From the IMG/VR virus record IMGVR_UViG_3300037466_001520: a DNA stretch of 64,000 nt. The stretch is one strand, 5' to 3'. The DNA comes from a virus (Duplodnaviria; Heunggongvirae; Uroviricota; Caudoviricetes). The notes under the pieces are model-generated. The model saw only the letters and a program-made list of their open reading frames with translations. It ran no database searches and was not told the origin of the DNA. Both the position numbers and the translations under genes were made by a program. Position 1 is the stretch's first letter. Each line of letters starts with the position of its first letter. Positions 25,688 through 35,160 of the stretch are shown piece by piece.

Positions 25688-26200
25688 GTGAACACCACAA
25701 TTGCAACGATGTCGGTCGAGGTGCTCAACAGCAGCTACCTCCCGCTCGGCAACACCAGCATGGCTCGCGCGCTAGCGCTCGTCCTCAGGGGAGCCGCTGT
25801 CGTCGAGAAGGCCGACCTTTCCCGCGAGATCCGCTCAGCCGGAAACGTCCTCGCAACCCCCAAGGTGATCCGACTCATCAAGTTTGTCGACGTGCCGTTC
25901 GCCGTCGCGCCTGAGCACTTCACCCGTCTCGGAGTACTCCGCAGGGACAACTACATCTGCGGGTACTGCGGCGAGAAGGGCACGGCTCAGGACATGACGC
26001 ACGACCACATCCTGCCCCGCTCGCGCGGAGGCCTCGACGAGTGGTCGAACGCGATCACCGCTTGCAAATCTTGCAATTCCCTCAAGGCGGACCGGACTCC
26101 CGAGGAGGCCGGTATGGTCCTCCTCTTCGAGCCGACAACCCCCTACAAGATGTACCTCAAGTCGGGGAAGTCCCGTCCGAAGAAGAGAAAGAGGAAGTAG
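25688..26200 (+). CDS. HNH endonuclease
   Basis: CGYCG ... HDHILPRSRGG ... NAITACKSCNSLK; GTG 25688 has RBS GGGAGG 8 nt upstream (track start 25679). Confidence 0.7.
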   Translation: MNTTIATMSVEVLNSSYLPLGNTSMARALALVLRGAAVVEKADLSREIRSAGNVLATPKVIRLIKFVDVPFAVAPEHFTRLGVLRRDNYICGYCGEKGTAQDMTHDHILPRSRGGLDEWSNAITACKSCNSLKADRTPEEAGMVLLFEPTTPYKMYLKSGKSRPKKRKRK

Positions 26201-26685
26201 TGCTCAAAGTCAACGTCGGGTGCGGAGAGTTTCGCGCCGAGGGCTGGGTCAACGTCGATATGACGAAGGTCGAAGGTGGCCCTCAGCCAGATATCATCGC
26301 CTCCGCAACCGACCTGCCCTTTGATTACGCCTCCGTCGACCGCCTCTACGCGGGCCACGTGCTCGAACACCTCACCCCGGAGGACGCTGTCACAGCGATC
26401 CGGGAGTTCATGCGCGTGGTCCGCGCTGACGGCAAGATCATGATCGTCATGCCTGACCTCGACGTCGCCGAGGCGAAGTATCCGGAGCTGGTCGAGTCCG
26501 TCCGCTACGGTGCAGACCGCTGGGGAGGCGACCAGCACCTCTGGGAGAGCCGTCCTGCGACCTGCGCACAGCTTCTTGTGGAGGCCGGGGCACCAGAGGC
26601 TCGACTGATCCCGATCACGTCCCTCATCGGCTCTGAGTGGCCCGTCACTGCGTTCGTCGACTGGCAGTACGCCTTCGAGATCTAG
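26200..26685 (+). CDS. class I SAM-dependent methyltransferase
   Basis: VNVGCGEFRAEGWVNVD glycine-rich SAM motif; GTG overlapping upstream TAG. Confidence 0.65.
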   Translation: MLKVNVGCGEFRAEGWVNVDMTKVEGGPQPDIIASATDLPFDYASVDRLYAGHVLEHLTPEDAVTAIREFMRVVRADGKIMIVMPDLDVAEAKYPELVESVRYGADRWGGDQHLWESRPATCAQLLVEAGAPEARLIPITSLIGSEWPVTAFVDWQYAFEI

Positions 26686-26734
26686 TTCCGCATACGGAAT
26701 CACGCAACAGGCCGTTGCGTAAAAGGAAAGGCCC

Positions 26735-26765
26735 CTCCGAAGAGGGGCCTTTCGCTTTGCCTGAC
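26735..26765. terminator. bidirectional terminator AGGCCCCTC-cgaa-GAGGGGCCT-TTCGCTTTG between convergent genes
   Basis: Lies between the plus-strand methyltransferase gene and the minus-strand gene. Confidence 0.55.
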
Positions 26766-28228
26766 TAGAGAACGGTGAAGCTCTGGATGTCGAGGCCGAT
26801 CTCCTTGTCGACCACGAAGGCGATGAGGCCGGGGTCGGAGTCGGAGCCGGTCTTGTTGGCCCACCAGTCCGAGCCGTTGTCGAGCGTCGGGGCGGCGATC
26901 CAGTACTTCTGCTTTCCGGTGCGCAGCGAGCGTCCCGTGGGCTTGAGCCCGAGGGTGTGGTAGTGCCCGGTGAGCAGGATGTCGGCCTTGGCGAGGGCGC
27001 TGGCCCCGTGGACGTGCTTGGCCCAGAAGTCCTCCATGCGCGCGAGCGTGGACTCGTCTCCGTGCACCGCGCCGATGCCCATTCCCTGAGCCTCGATGTA
27101 GAGCGCCTTCTCCCACTCCTCCGGGTAGGCGAACTCGACGTGGTCGTAGATGCCCGGGTGGAGCGAGTACGCGCGCTCGATCTGCTTGAGCGCGAACAGG
27201 CCCCAGTCGTCGGACGGACGCCCGAGATAGTCCTTGCCCTTACGCCACGCGGCATGGTTCGAGGGGACGCCTCCGACCGTGACCTTGTCGTGCGTCCCGG
27301 CGAGCAGAGCGATGAACTCCTGCTCAAGGGTGACCGCGAGGTCGAGCTGCTGCATCGGCGTGAGGTCGTTCGTGAAGCGCTGCTGCTCGGTGTTCTCGAA
27401 GCCCTCGATGACATCGCCGAGGTCGAGGAAGATCGCCTCGGAGCAGGACTGCTCGGAGATGTAGTCCGCGAGCTTGTCGCGCTTCTCCAGCACGCGCTCG
27501 ATGAGGTCCAGCGAGTCGCCACGGGATCCGACCTTGCCGACCTGCAAGTCAGCGAACGGGATCACGAGCGTGCGATCCGGGTTCCGGTCGACCTTGGGCT
27601 TCTCGTCGACGAAGCGGAGCTGGGTCTTGATCTCCTGCATGAGAGTGGGGAGGTCGATGTCCTCGCCGACGCGCTTCTCGACCTGCACCCGGTACGACGT
27701 GAGCCACTCCCCGTCGTTCCGCTGCTGCCACTTCGAGATGCGGGCCGGTCCGACAACGCGGAACGCCTCCGGGTCGAGACCCATTTCTGCAAGAATTTCA
27801 GAAAAGTCCGAGATGGTGTCGGTCTTCTGCGGAGTGGAGACAAGATACCCAGTGTCACCGTCCAGCTCAACGCGAGGCTCCCAGCCCTTGGGCGGCTTGG
27901 GAGGCGGAGCCACCACTCCGAGGACGGGCTCCTTGGTGCCGGTCCATTGGTACCCGTTGTCGATGCGGATCTGTCCCGGGCTGTAGAAGCCGGGAGTCAG
28001 CGCGGGGTTCAGGGCGAGGTTTGTCCTGATAGTGTGGGACTTGAGGTGGTTGCCTACCGCGTCTGCGGAGATGCCGAGTTCCTTGCCAATCTTGTCGTAG
28101 CTGAGGCCTGCGACCTCGCGCTGCGCGTGAACCCTGCGAACCACGTCCTCCGGCATGTTGCAGATGTAGCACTGCCGGTTGTAGGAGATCAGCCCGTAGA
28201 GCTGGCCTCCGGATTTGGTTTCTGTCAT
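26765..28228 (-). CDS. HTH-domain protein fused to calcineurin-like metallophosphoesterase
   Basis: N-terminal LSYDKIGKELGISADAVGNHL (HTH); phosphoesterase motifs GDVIEG, GTHD, GHYHT; only gene on the minus strand in this neighbourhood. Confidence 0.7.
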   Translation of the reverse strand: MTETKSGGQLYGLISYNRQCYICNMPEDVVRRVHAQREVAGLSYDKIGKELGISADAVGNHLKSHTIRTNLALNPALTPGFYSPGQIRIDNGYQWTGTKEPVLGVVAPPPKPPKGWEPRVELDGDTGYLVSTPQKTDTISDFSEILAEMGLDPEAFRVVGPARISKWQQRNDGEWLTSYRVQVEKRVGEDIDLPTLMQEIKTQLRFVDEKPKVDRNPDRTLVIPFADLQVGKVGSRGDSLDLIERVLEKRDKLADYISEQSCSEAIFLDLGDVIEGFENTEQQRFTNDLTPMQQLDLAVTLEQEFIALLAGTHDKVTVGGVPSNHAAWRKGKDYLGRPSDDWGLFALKQIERAYSLHPGIYDHVEFAYPEEWEKALYIEAQGMGIGAVHGDESTLARMEDFWAKHVHGASALAKADILLTGHYHTLGLKPTGRSLRTGKQKYWIAAPTLDNGSDWWANKTGSDSDPGLIAFVVDKEIGLDIQSFTVL

Positions 28229-28324
28229 GCTTGGATACTAACATACAAAGTGTTGACTGTCTATTAGACACTGTGTATCATAGGAATTTGACCATGCGAC
28301 ACTGGATATGGTAGTATCGCTTTT
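28229..28324. promoter_or_regulatory. divergent promoter region: TAGACA-N17-TAGTAT on minus strand; TTGACT-N17-TATCAT and TTGACC-N18-TAGTAT on plus strand
   Basis: Lies between the minus-strand HTH-phosphoesterase gene and plus-strand gene 28325; contains two GACACTG motif copies. Confidence 0.45.
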
Positions 28325-28768
28325 GTGACACAGACGCAAGACGCGATCAACCCCTCGCACTACAAATCACATCCCAGCGGCCTAGAGGCCATCGAGATCA
28401 TCGAGAACTACATGGTGAACCTCGGCAACGCGATCAAGTACCTCTGGCGACTCGGCCAGAAGGACGCCTCGGCTCAGGAACTCAATAAGGCCCGATGGTA
28501 CGTGCGGCGCGAGACCAAGTACCTCAACGAGACCCAGCAGGGAGCGCACTACAAGGTCTCCTACGTCAACCCCATCACGAAGGGTCTGACGCTCGGCCTC
28601 ATCGAGAGGTACCTCAGCTTCGAGCCCGAGGGGACTCTCAGGGATGCAAAGGAACTCATCATGAGAGCCCCGTTCTACGTCCAGTCTCTCGACGCCCTAG
28701 AGGTTGCCGACAACCTGCTCGCCCGCCTCATCGACGAAATCAATCTCAAGGAATTCAAGTCAGCATGA
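28325..28768 (+). CDS. DUF3310-like phage protein
   Basis: SHYKSHPSGLEAIEIIE N-terminal signature (from memory of the family); GTG start. Confidence 0.5.
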   Translation: MTQTQDAINPSHYKSHPSGLEAIEIIENYMVNLGNAIKYLWRLGQKDASAQELNKARWYVRRETKYLNETQQGAHYKVSYVNPITKGLTLGLIERYLSFEPEGTLRDAKELIMRAPFYVQSLDALEVADNLLARLIDEINLKEFKSA

Positions 28769-28971
28769 CCCCCGCACTGCCCAACAAGGACTCACAGAAG
28801 TTCACAGCGACGATCAACCTCACGTGGGACGCGGAGCTGTTCCCCGGCGATCCGGACGACATGTTCGAGATCGCTGACCTTGAGAAGGAGGCCCTCTACG
28901 ACGGCCTCCGTGGTGCCCTCGGCTCCAGCTTCGACATCCAGATCCGAAAGGTCGTCCCGGTCTACTCATGA
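28765..28971 (+). CDS. hypothetical protein (68 aa)
   Basis: ATGA overlap with upstream stop; RBS AGGAA. Confidence 0.45.
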   Translation: MTPALPNKDSQKFTATINLTWDAELFPGDPDDMFEIADLEKEALYDGLRGALGSSFDIQIRKVVPVYS

Positions 28972-30080
28972 AGGTTCTCTCGCTCGTTGCAGACCAAGGT
29001 GGCTGTGCCTTCTACCGCATGAAGGAACCCGCACGCATCGCGCGGATGCTCGGGGTCGACGTCACCATCGACACGAACATCAACGTCCATGCGACCACGG
29101 ACCCGGCGACGAAGATCACCACAGTCAACGAGGTCTACTCCGACGCGGACCTGATCATCATCCAGCGCCCGCTGAACAACGCCTTCGCCAGCATGGTCAA
29201 GCAGGCCAACCGGCAGGGCATCGCGACCATCGTCGAGCTGGATGACGACTTCGAGATGCTCCACCGGAACAACATGGCGTGGGACGCGACGTTCAACACC
29301 AAGGGCTACGGTCCGGAGTGGATCAAGGCGGCAGCGGAGGAAGCTGACCTCTTCACCGTCTCCACCCCGGCTCTCTCCCGTTACGTCCGCCACGACCGCG
29401 TCGAGGTACTCCGCAACAGCCTCCCGGCCTCCATCTTCGACAACACCCCGGCCTACGAGCGCGAGCGCGATACCGACCTGCCCGTCATCGGCTGGACCGG
29501 GACCATCCAGACCCACCCGGGCGACCTTGAGATGACCCGAGGTGCGCTCCGGACCCTGTCCGGCGTCGACGAGGAGGCCAAGGCTGCGGCTGAGTGCAGG
29601 ACGGTCGACATCTCGACCAAGTTCCACCTCCACATCGTCGGGGACGGAGGGGGCGTCCTCAACGCGCTCAACCTGCCTCAGACCCAGTCGCACCACTTCA
29701 CCGGATGGCTCGACATGAAGGACTACTACGACGCCATCGCCTCGATGGACATCGGGATCGTCCCGCTGGAGCTGAGCCCGTTCAATCAGGCCAAGAGCGC
29801 ACTCAAGGGCATGGAGATGGCGGCGATGGGCGTACCGTTCATCGCCAGCCCCACGCAGGAGTACGAGCGCCTCGCGCTCTACGGAGTCGGTAAGACGGCC
29901 TCAGGCCCCTCGGCGTGGACCAAGCAGCTCTCCCGGCTCATCGAGCGGCCCAAGGAGCGGATCAAACTCGCAAAACAGTATCGAGAAACTGTATATAATG
30001 AGATGGTCTACGAGCGCACAGCTCACGGCTGGATCCGCGCATGGGAGAAGGCCATCGCACACAGGAAGTCCCTCTCATGA
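28968..30080 (+). CDS. GT-B fold glycosyltransferase (GT1/GT4-like)
   Basis: C-terminal nucleotide-sugar-binding region GMEMAAMGVPFIAS ... E; 370 aa. Confidence 0.6.
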   Translation: MKVLSLVADQGGCAFYRMKEPARIARMLGVDVTIDTNINVHATTDPATKITTVNEVYSDADLIIIQRPLNNAFASMVKQANRQGIATIVELDDDFEMLHRNNMAWDATFNTKGYGPEWIKAAAEEADLFTVSTPALSRYVRHDRVEVLRNSLPASIFDNTPAYERERDTDLPVIGWTGTIQTHPGDLEMTRGALRTLSGVDEEAKAAAECRTVDISTKFHLHIVGDGGGVLNALNLPQTQSHHFTGWLDMKDYYDAIASMDIGIVPLELSPFNQAKSALKGMEMAAMGVPFIASPTQEYERLALYGVGKTASGPSAWTKQLSRLIERPKERIKLAKQYRETVYNEMVYERTAHGWIRAWEKAIAHRKSLS

Positions 30081-30304
30081 AGGCTGAAAAGCTAGCCGCG
30101 ATCCTCACCAAGCGGCATGCAGGCAAAGAAGTCCTCGTCTACGACACGCAGACGTCCGAGTTCATCTCACTCGAACCGGAGGACGTGACCCCGGCGTTCA
30201 CCAGCGGAGGAGACACCCTCGGCGTCCACGACCTCGTCGTATTCGAGGATGACGATGAAGACTCGGACGGCCTCGCGAAGGCCGTCGTTCTCTGGAAGTC
30301 ATAG
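30077..30304 (+). CDS. hypothetical acidic protein
   Basis: ATGA overlap; 75 aa. Confidence 0.45.
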   Translation: MKAEKLAAILTKRHAGKEVLVYDTQTSEFISLEPEDVTPAFTSGGDTLGVHDLVVFEDDDEDSDGLAKAVVLWKS

Positions 30305-30397
30305 TCTTCCAAAGATTTTTCTCGGAAGTGCTTGACGGATTTCTCCAAAGTGTTCTACTGTAACCATACAAGGTTGAACACAGGGAAAGGAACCGCA

Positions 30398-31342
30398 ATG
30401 CACGATATCGAAATCCTCGAAGACGGCACCGCCAGCATGTTCTCCGGCGAGGGCATCATGCCTTGGCACCGGCTCGTCGAGCCGGTCGAAGGCCTGCTCA
30501 CCGCCAAGGAAGCGCTCAAGAAAGCGCACCTCGACTGGGAGGTCATCAAGGAGCCCATCTCCTTCGGAGCCGACAACCAGTCGTTCCCGGGATGGCACGC
30601 CACGGTGCGCAAGCACGACCGCAAGCCCCTCGGCATCGTCTCGGACGGCTATCACATCTTCCAGAACCACGAGGCCTTCGACTTCATGGACATCGTCACC
30701 GCCACGGGCGAGGCGAAGTACACCTCAGCCGGATCGCTGGCTGGCGGCAAGAAGATCTTCATCTGCGTCAAGATCGGCGACCGGTTCATGGTCGCAGGCG
30801 AGGACGCGCACGACCTCTACGGCCTCATGTTCAACTCCTTCCACGGCAAGGAGTCCTTCACCATAGCGACGACAGCGATCCGCGCCGTCTGCGCGAACAC
30901 GGTCACCCTCGGCCTCCGCACGGCCAAGACCAAGTGGACGATCCGCCACAAGTCCTCCTTCGAGGGCAAGGCTCAGGACGCCCGCGACACGCTCAAGATC
31001 AGCTTCAAGTACGTCGAGGCCTTCCAGAAGGAGGTCGAGAAGATGATGCAGATCCAGATCGACAAGGACAAGTTCAACAAGATCGTCGAGCAGATCGTCC
31101 CCGAGTCGAAGTTCCAGCACGACAAGGACGTTGCCCAGCTCATGGACATCTTCGAGAACGAGACGACGGTCAACGACACCAACGCCAAGGGCACCGGATG
31201 GGGCGCATTCAACGCGATCACCTTCTTCGGCGACCACCGCAAGCGCTACGTCACCGACGAGTCCCGCTTCAAGTCCATCACGAGCGAAGGCTACGCCGAG
31301 AAGATGCGCAACAAGGCCCACGGCCTCATCCTCGCCGCATGA
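30398..31342 (+). CDS. DUF932-like phage/plasmid protein
   Basis: ~314 aa; IRAVCANTV-type region; RBS GGGAAAGGAA; TTGACG-N18-TACTGT promoter upstream. Confidence 0.5.
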   Translation: MHDIEILEDGTASMFSGEGIMPWHRLVEPVEGLLTAKEALKKAHLDWEVIKEPISFGADNQSFPGWHATVRKHDRKPLGIVSDGYHIFQNHEAFDFMDIVTATGEAKYTSAGSLAGGKKIFICVKIGDRFMVAGEDAHDLYGLMFNSFHGKESFTIATTAIRAVCANTVTLGLRTAKTKWTIRHKSSFEGKAQDARDTLKISFKYVEAFQKEVEKMMQIQIDKDKFNKIVEQIVPESKFQHDKDVAQLMDIFENETTVNDTNAKGTGWGAFNAITFFGDHRKRYVTDESRFKSITSEGYAEKMRNKAHGLILAA

Positions 31343-31491
31343 GTTCGCCGATGTTCGACCTGCCGGACCACTTCCCCATCGACCTCGATGCTCAGGGACG
31401 TGGTCCGGCAGATCCGTTCGACGCCGTACGCACGGTCTGCTGGACATGCTGGCCCCCGGAAAACTGGCCCTGCGAGGCGAGTAGACAGTGA
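31339..31491 (+). CDS. small Cys/Trp-rich protein (50 aa)
   Basis: ATGA overlap; GC3-rich; CWTCWPPENWPC. Confidence 0.35.
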   Translation: MSSPMFDLPDHFPIDLDAQGRGPADPFDAVRTVCWTCWPPENWPCEASRQ

Positions 31492-31573
31492 GTATCTTAT
31501 GATGTAGGCTGAGTCTCAGCTCAACAGCAAAGGTAGGACCCAAAACGACACAACGACAGAAAGACGAAACAAT

Positions 31574-32497
31574 ATGTTCCTTTTCGTAGTATCACTGATC
31601 CTGCTTCTCCTCGCCCTCGGCCTCTTCGTCGCAGCCAAGCTCGCCGGATCCCCGATCCCGGCGATCATCGGAGGGGTGCTCGTCCTGATAGGCGGCTTCT
31701 TCCTCTGGAACCAGTCGACTTACACGCAGGGTCCGGGCTCTGCGAGCGTGATCAAGTCCTTCACCGGAGCCGTCGTCGGCTTCAACGACAAGGCCGGACT
31801 CTCGTTCAAGGCCCCGTGGGACGACACCATCACCTACAACATCCTCAACCAGCAGGTGCTTTTCTCCAACCCGAACAACGTGCACGACGAGCAGAAGAAC
31901 TTCGTCAAGGGCGGAGAGATCTCGATCACCGACAAGGACGGCGTCTCGGCCAACGTCGACATCGCGGTCAACCTCTCGATCCGTGGTGACAAGGTCGTGG
32001 ACATCTACAACCACTACGGCGACGAGAACTCCTTCGAGGCGAAGCTCGTCACGAACGACGTCCGCGCAGTGGTCCGCGAGGTCCCGAACCAGTTCAACAC
32101 CATCGACGTGCTGACCAACCGCTCGGCCATCGAGACCCAGATCCTCAAGGCCCTCCAAGGCCGATGGGAGACTCAGGGCGTGCAGGTCGACTCCGTCTCC
32201 TTGCAGGACATCCGCTACCCGCAGTCCGTGACCGACGCCTACGCGGCAGCGCAGAACTCGCGCACCGCAGCGACGAAGGCTCAGGCTGACCTCGACGCGG
32301 CGAAGATCTCGGCACAACAGCAGGTCGTCTCGGCTCAGGCTCAGGCACAGGCCAACGACATCCTGTCCAAGTCGCTCACGCCGGAGATCCTCCAGCAGCG
32401 CCAGCTCGACGTTCTCTCGCAGTTCGGGGCCAAGGGCAACGCCATCGTGATTCAGGGCGGCTCCGGCACTCCGCTGATTCAGGTTCCCTCCAAGTAA
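31574..32497 (+). CDS. SPFH/band-7 (prohibitin/HflK-like) membrane protein
   Basis: N-terminal TM helices, SPFH core, C-terminal coiled-coil (AQAQAQAND); intrinsic terminator downstream. Confidence 0.75.
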   Translation: MFLFVVSLILLLLALGLFVAAKLAGSPIPAIIGGVLVLIGGFFLWNQSTYTQGPGSASVIKSFTGAVVGFNDKAGLSFKAPWDDTITYNILNQQVLFSNPNNVHDEQKNFVKGGEISITDKDGVSANVDIAVNLSIRGDKVVDIYNHYGDENSFEAKLVTNDVRAVVREVPNQFNTIDVLTNRSAIETQILKALQGRWETQGVQVDSVSLQDIRYPQSVTDAYAAAQNSRTAATKAQADLDAAKISAQQQVVSAQAQAQANDILSKSLTPEILQQRQLDVLSQFGAKGNAIVIQGGSGTPLIQVPSK

Positions 32498-32499
32498 CA

Positions 32500-32540
32500 C
32501 CCTCTGAGGAGGCGGGTCTTCGGACCCGCCTTTTCTTTTG
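32500..32540 (+). terminator. intrinsic terminator GGCGGGTC-ttcg-GACCCGCC-TTTTCTTTTG
   Basis: After the SPFH gene. Confidence 0.6.
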
Positions 32541-32585
32541 CCTTGAAACTGGATATGATAGCGGAGAAGACCTACCGAGGAACCC

Positions 32586-33017
32586 ATGTCCACCGAGACC
32601 TACCTCTACTTCTCCGATCCGACTGACCTTGACTGGATCCGCGAGCAGCTCTCCCTACGCCTCCGCAGCACGTCCAGCTCTGACGACTGCTTCTTCGACG
32701 ACCGCGTCACCGTCTGGCTGGAGCACGGCAACGGAGACTACCTCGTCGAGGAGGATGTCTGGTCGACCGAAGGTCCGTACCTCGACGAGACCGCCTGCTG
32801 GGCTAGGCTCCGCATCTTCGCCTACAACTCTCCGGGGGCTTCCGAAGCCAGCAACGCGCTTCTGCCCATTATGTGGTTCGCGGACTCCCTCGACTTCTTG
32901 GGCAAGGGGTTCCGCTGGTTCGACCCGTTCAGCATGAACACCAACGAGGGGCTCGACTTCCTAGACATCATCCGCTACCACGAGGACGCCGAGTGGAAGG
33001 CCACGCAGGGCGTTTGA
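32586..33017 (+). CDS. hypothetical protein
   Basis: 143-aa ORF. Confidence 0.5.
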   Translation: MSTETYLYFSDPTDLDWIREQLSLRLRSTSSSDDCFFDDRVTVWLEHGNGDYLVEEDVWSTEGPYLDETACWARLRIFAYNSPGASEASNALLPIMWFADSLDFLGKGFRWFDPFSMNTNEGLDFLDIIRYHEDAEWKATQGV

Positions 33018-33049
33018 CAACTGTAGATCTTTACTCTTAGGATAGACAC

Positions 33050-34003
33050 ATGACAACGACATTCGACGAAAACACAAGGACAAAACAACTGGTCCTCCTC
33101 CGAGGACTCCCCGGTTCCGGCAAGTCGACCTTCGCCCGAGCTTGGGTGGACGAGGACCCCGACTTCCGCGTTCGCGTGAACCGCGACGACATCCGCTTCG
33201 CGCTCTTCGGCAAGTACTGGGACCTCTCCCAGCATCAGGAAGAGACGGTCTCGACCATCGAGCACGCGACCTCCACGGCTGCGCTCAAGTCCGGTCTCTC
33301 CGTCATCATCGACGCGACCAACTTCAAGGCCTCGGGCAACAAGGACTGGATCTCGGCAGCGGACCGGCACAAGGCCGAGTTCGTGGTCGTCGACATCGAG
33401 ACGCCGGTCGAGGAGTGCATCCGACGAGACCGGGAGCGTATCTCCCGTCAGGTCGGCGAGCAGGTCATCCGCGACTTCGCCAAGCGCTACCTCCAGAAGG
33501 GCAAGTTCCCGCCAAAGCCTGTGAAGATGGAGCAGAAGATCGCAGAGGTGGGCGCTCCCTACGAGCACACCGAGGGACTGCCCTTCGTCTGGCTCTTCGA
33601 CGTCGACGGCACACTTGCCCGGATGCAGGGCCGCTCACCGTTCGCATGGCACCGCGTCGGCGAGGACACCGTGATCGAGGACGTCGCCCGCGTGGCGCGC
33701 ATCCTCTCGGAGACGTACCCGATCATCATCTTCTCGGGGCGCGACGAGGTGTGCAAGCCCGAAACGTCCGATTGGCTGCGCGAGGTGGCGAACGTGGACT
33801 TCAAGGAGATCCACATGCGCCCCACCTCGACGAACGGGGTCGACCTTCCTGACGACGTCGTGAAGCTGGATCTGTTCGAGCAGCACATCCGAGGCAAGTA
33901 CAACGTCGCCGGAGTGTTCGACGACCGCCTGCGTGTGTGCCGCGCTTGGGAGAACCTCGGCCTGACGCTGTTCCGAGTCGGACCGCTCGACTCGGCCTTC
34001 TAG
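33050..34003 (+). CDS. polynucleotide kinase-phosphatase (T4 Pnkp-like)
   Basis: P-loop LLRGLPGSGKST (kinase) plus HAD phosphatase motif VWLFDVDGTLA. Confidence 0.75.
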   Translation: MTTTFDENTRTKQLVLLRGLPGSGKSTFARAWVDEDPDFRVRVNRDDIRFALFGKYWDLSQHQEETVSTIEHATSTAALKSGLSVIIDATNFKASGNKDWISAADRHKAEFVVVDIETPVEECIRRDRERISRQVGEQVIRDFAKRYLQKGKFPPKPVKMEQKIAEVGAPYEHTEGLPFVWLFDVDGTLARMQGRSPFAWHRVGEDTVIEDVARVARILSETYPIIIFSGRDEVCKPETSDWLREVANVDFKEIHMRPTSTNGVDLPDDVVKLDLFEQHIRGKYNVAGVFDDRLRVCRAWENLGLTLFRVGPLDSAF

Positions 34004-34005
34004 TG

Positions 34006-34036
34006 TAAGCCCCGGGCGAAACCCCGGGGCTTACGC
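34006..34036 (+). terminator. hairpin GTAAGCCCCGGG-cgaaa-CCCCGGGGCTTAC
   Basis: After the Pnkp gene. Confidence 0.45.
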
Positions 34037-34088
34037 TTCACCTCGACACTTTCAAAGATATAATGAGTCAACACCCTAGGAGGCTCTC

Positions 34089-34364
34089 ATGACCACTGCC
34101 ACGCTCGCTCCTCAGCTTCCCTGCGAGATCGTCGACTTCGACGTCGAGGGAACGGAGCCCGTCAAGCTCGACACGACGTTCCGCTGCGACCGATGCCCTG
34201 CGCAGGCGTACGTGCTCGTCACCCTCACCTCCGGGGGCCAGCTCACATTCTGCATGCACCACGCCAACCAGCACCGCGAGGCGCTCCTGCCGATCTCCTC
34301 GGAGTGGTACTCGGAGACCTCGCGCCTGTTCAACGAGAACAAGAAGAAAGGATCGGAGAACTGA
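34089..34364 (+). CDS. hypothetical zinc-finger protein
   Basis: CxxC ... CxH pattern (FRCDRCPAQ ... FCMHHANQH). Confidence 0.5.
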   Translation: MTTATLAPQLPCEIVDFDVEGTEPVKLDTTFRCDRCPAQAYVLVTLTSGGQLTFCMHHANQHREALLPISSEWYSETSRLFNENKKKGSEN

Positions 34365-35095
34365 TGACGACTCTGTCTACTCACGACGTCCGAGCCTACC
34401 TCGTCGGAGGCGCGGTGCGCGATAGGATCCGGGGGATTCCTTCTCACGACTGGGACTTCGCGGTCGAGGCTCGGGACTACGACCACATGGACCGCTGGAT
34501 CCAAGACCTCGGGTTCCGCGTGTTCGTGCGGACCCCGAAGACCTTCACCATCCGCGCCCGCTGCGAGGACTCCGTCAGCTTCGCCGGGATCCAGATGGAG
34601 CACCAGACGTACGACTTCGTCCTCTGCCGCAAGGACGGCGTCTACACAGACGGTCGCCGACCCGACTCGGTCACGGCTGGGACTCTCTACGACGACCTCG
34701 CGCGCCGGGACTTCACGTGCAACGCCATCGCCCTCGCAGAGGACGGGACGTACGTCGACCCGCACAATGGGCAGAAGGCCATCGAGGAGAAGGTTCTTCG
34801 GCTCGTGGGTGGCCGCGAGCGGCTCGTCGAGGACGGCCTAAGGGTGATCCGCGCGCTGCGCTTCTACGTGACCACCGGGTTCACCTTCGACGCCAAGCTG
34901 AGGGTTGCTCTTCGCTCCGACGAGGCGGCGGAGGCGCTGAGCAAGGTCTCTGCGAACCGCATCCGCGACGAGCTGAACAAGATGCTCAAGCACAGCCTGT
35001 TCGATTCCATCGACGTGCTCGCGGAGTTCCCCGACGTCATCGAGATCATCGAGGACAAGGGCGTCTGGCTCAAGGCCACGAGCGAAACGCGCTGA
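34364..35095 (+). CDS. tRNA nucleotidyltransferase (CCA-adding enzyme) / poly(A) polymerase head domain
   Basis: YLVGGAVRDRIRG ... DWDFAV head-domain motif; TGATG overlap with upstream gene. Confidence 0.7.
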   Translation: MTTLSTHDVRAYLVGGAVRDRIRGIPSHDWDFAVEARDYDHMDRWIQDLGFRVFVRTPKTFTIRARCEDSVSFAGIQMEHQTYDFVLCRKDGVYTDGRRPDSVTAGTLYDDLARRDFTCNAIALAEDGTYVDPHNGQKAIEEKVLRLVGGRERLVEDGLRVIRALRFYVTTGFTFDAKLRVALRSDEAAEALSKVSANRIRDELNKMLKHSLFDSIDVLAEFPDVIEIIEDKGVWLKATSETR

Positions 35096-35160
35096 CATTG
35101 GACACTGCGTAAGGTAGAATGTAGGTAGGGCTGATGCCCGCCTAGAGTAAGTGAATAGCG

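Noticed and set aside
26143-28271. Alternative minus- and plus-strand ORFs overlapping the HTH-phosphoesterase gene
   Set aside because: Ser/Thr/Arg-rich shadows; only the 487-aa minus-strand frame has domain motifs.
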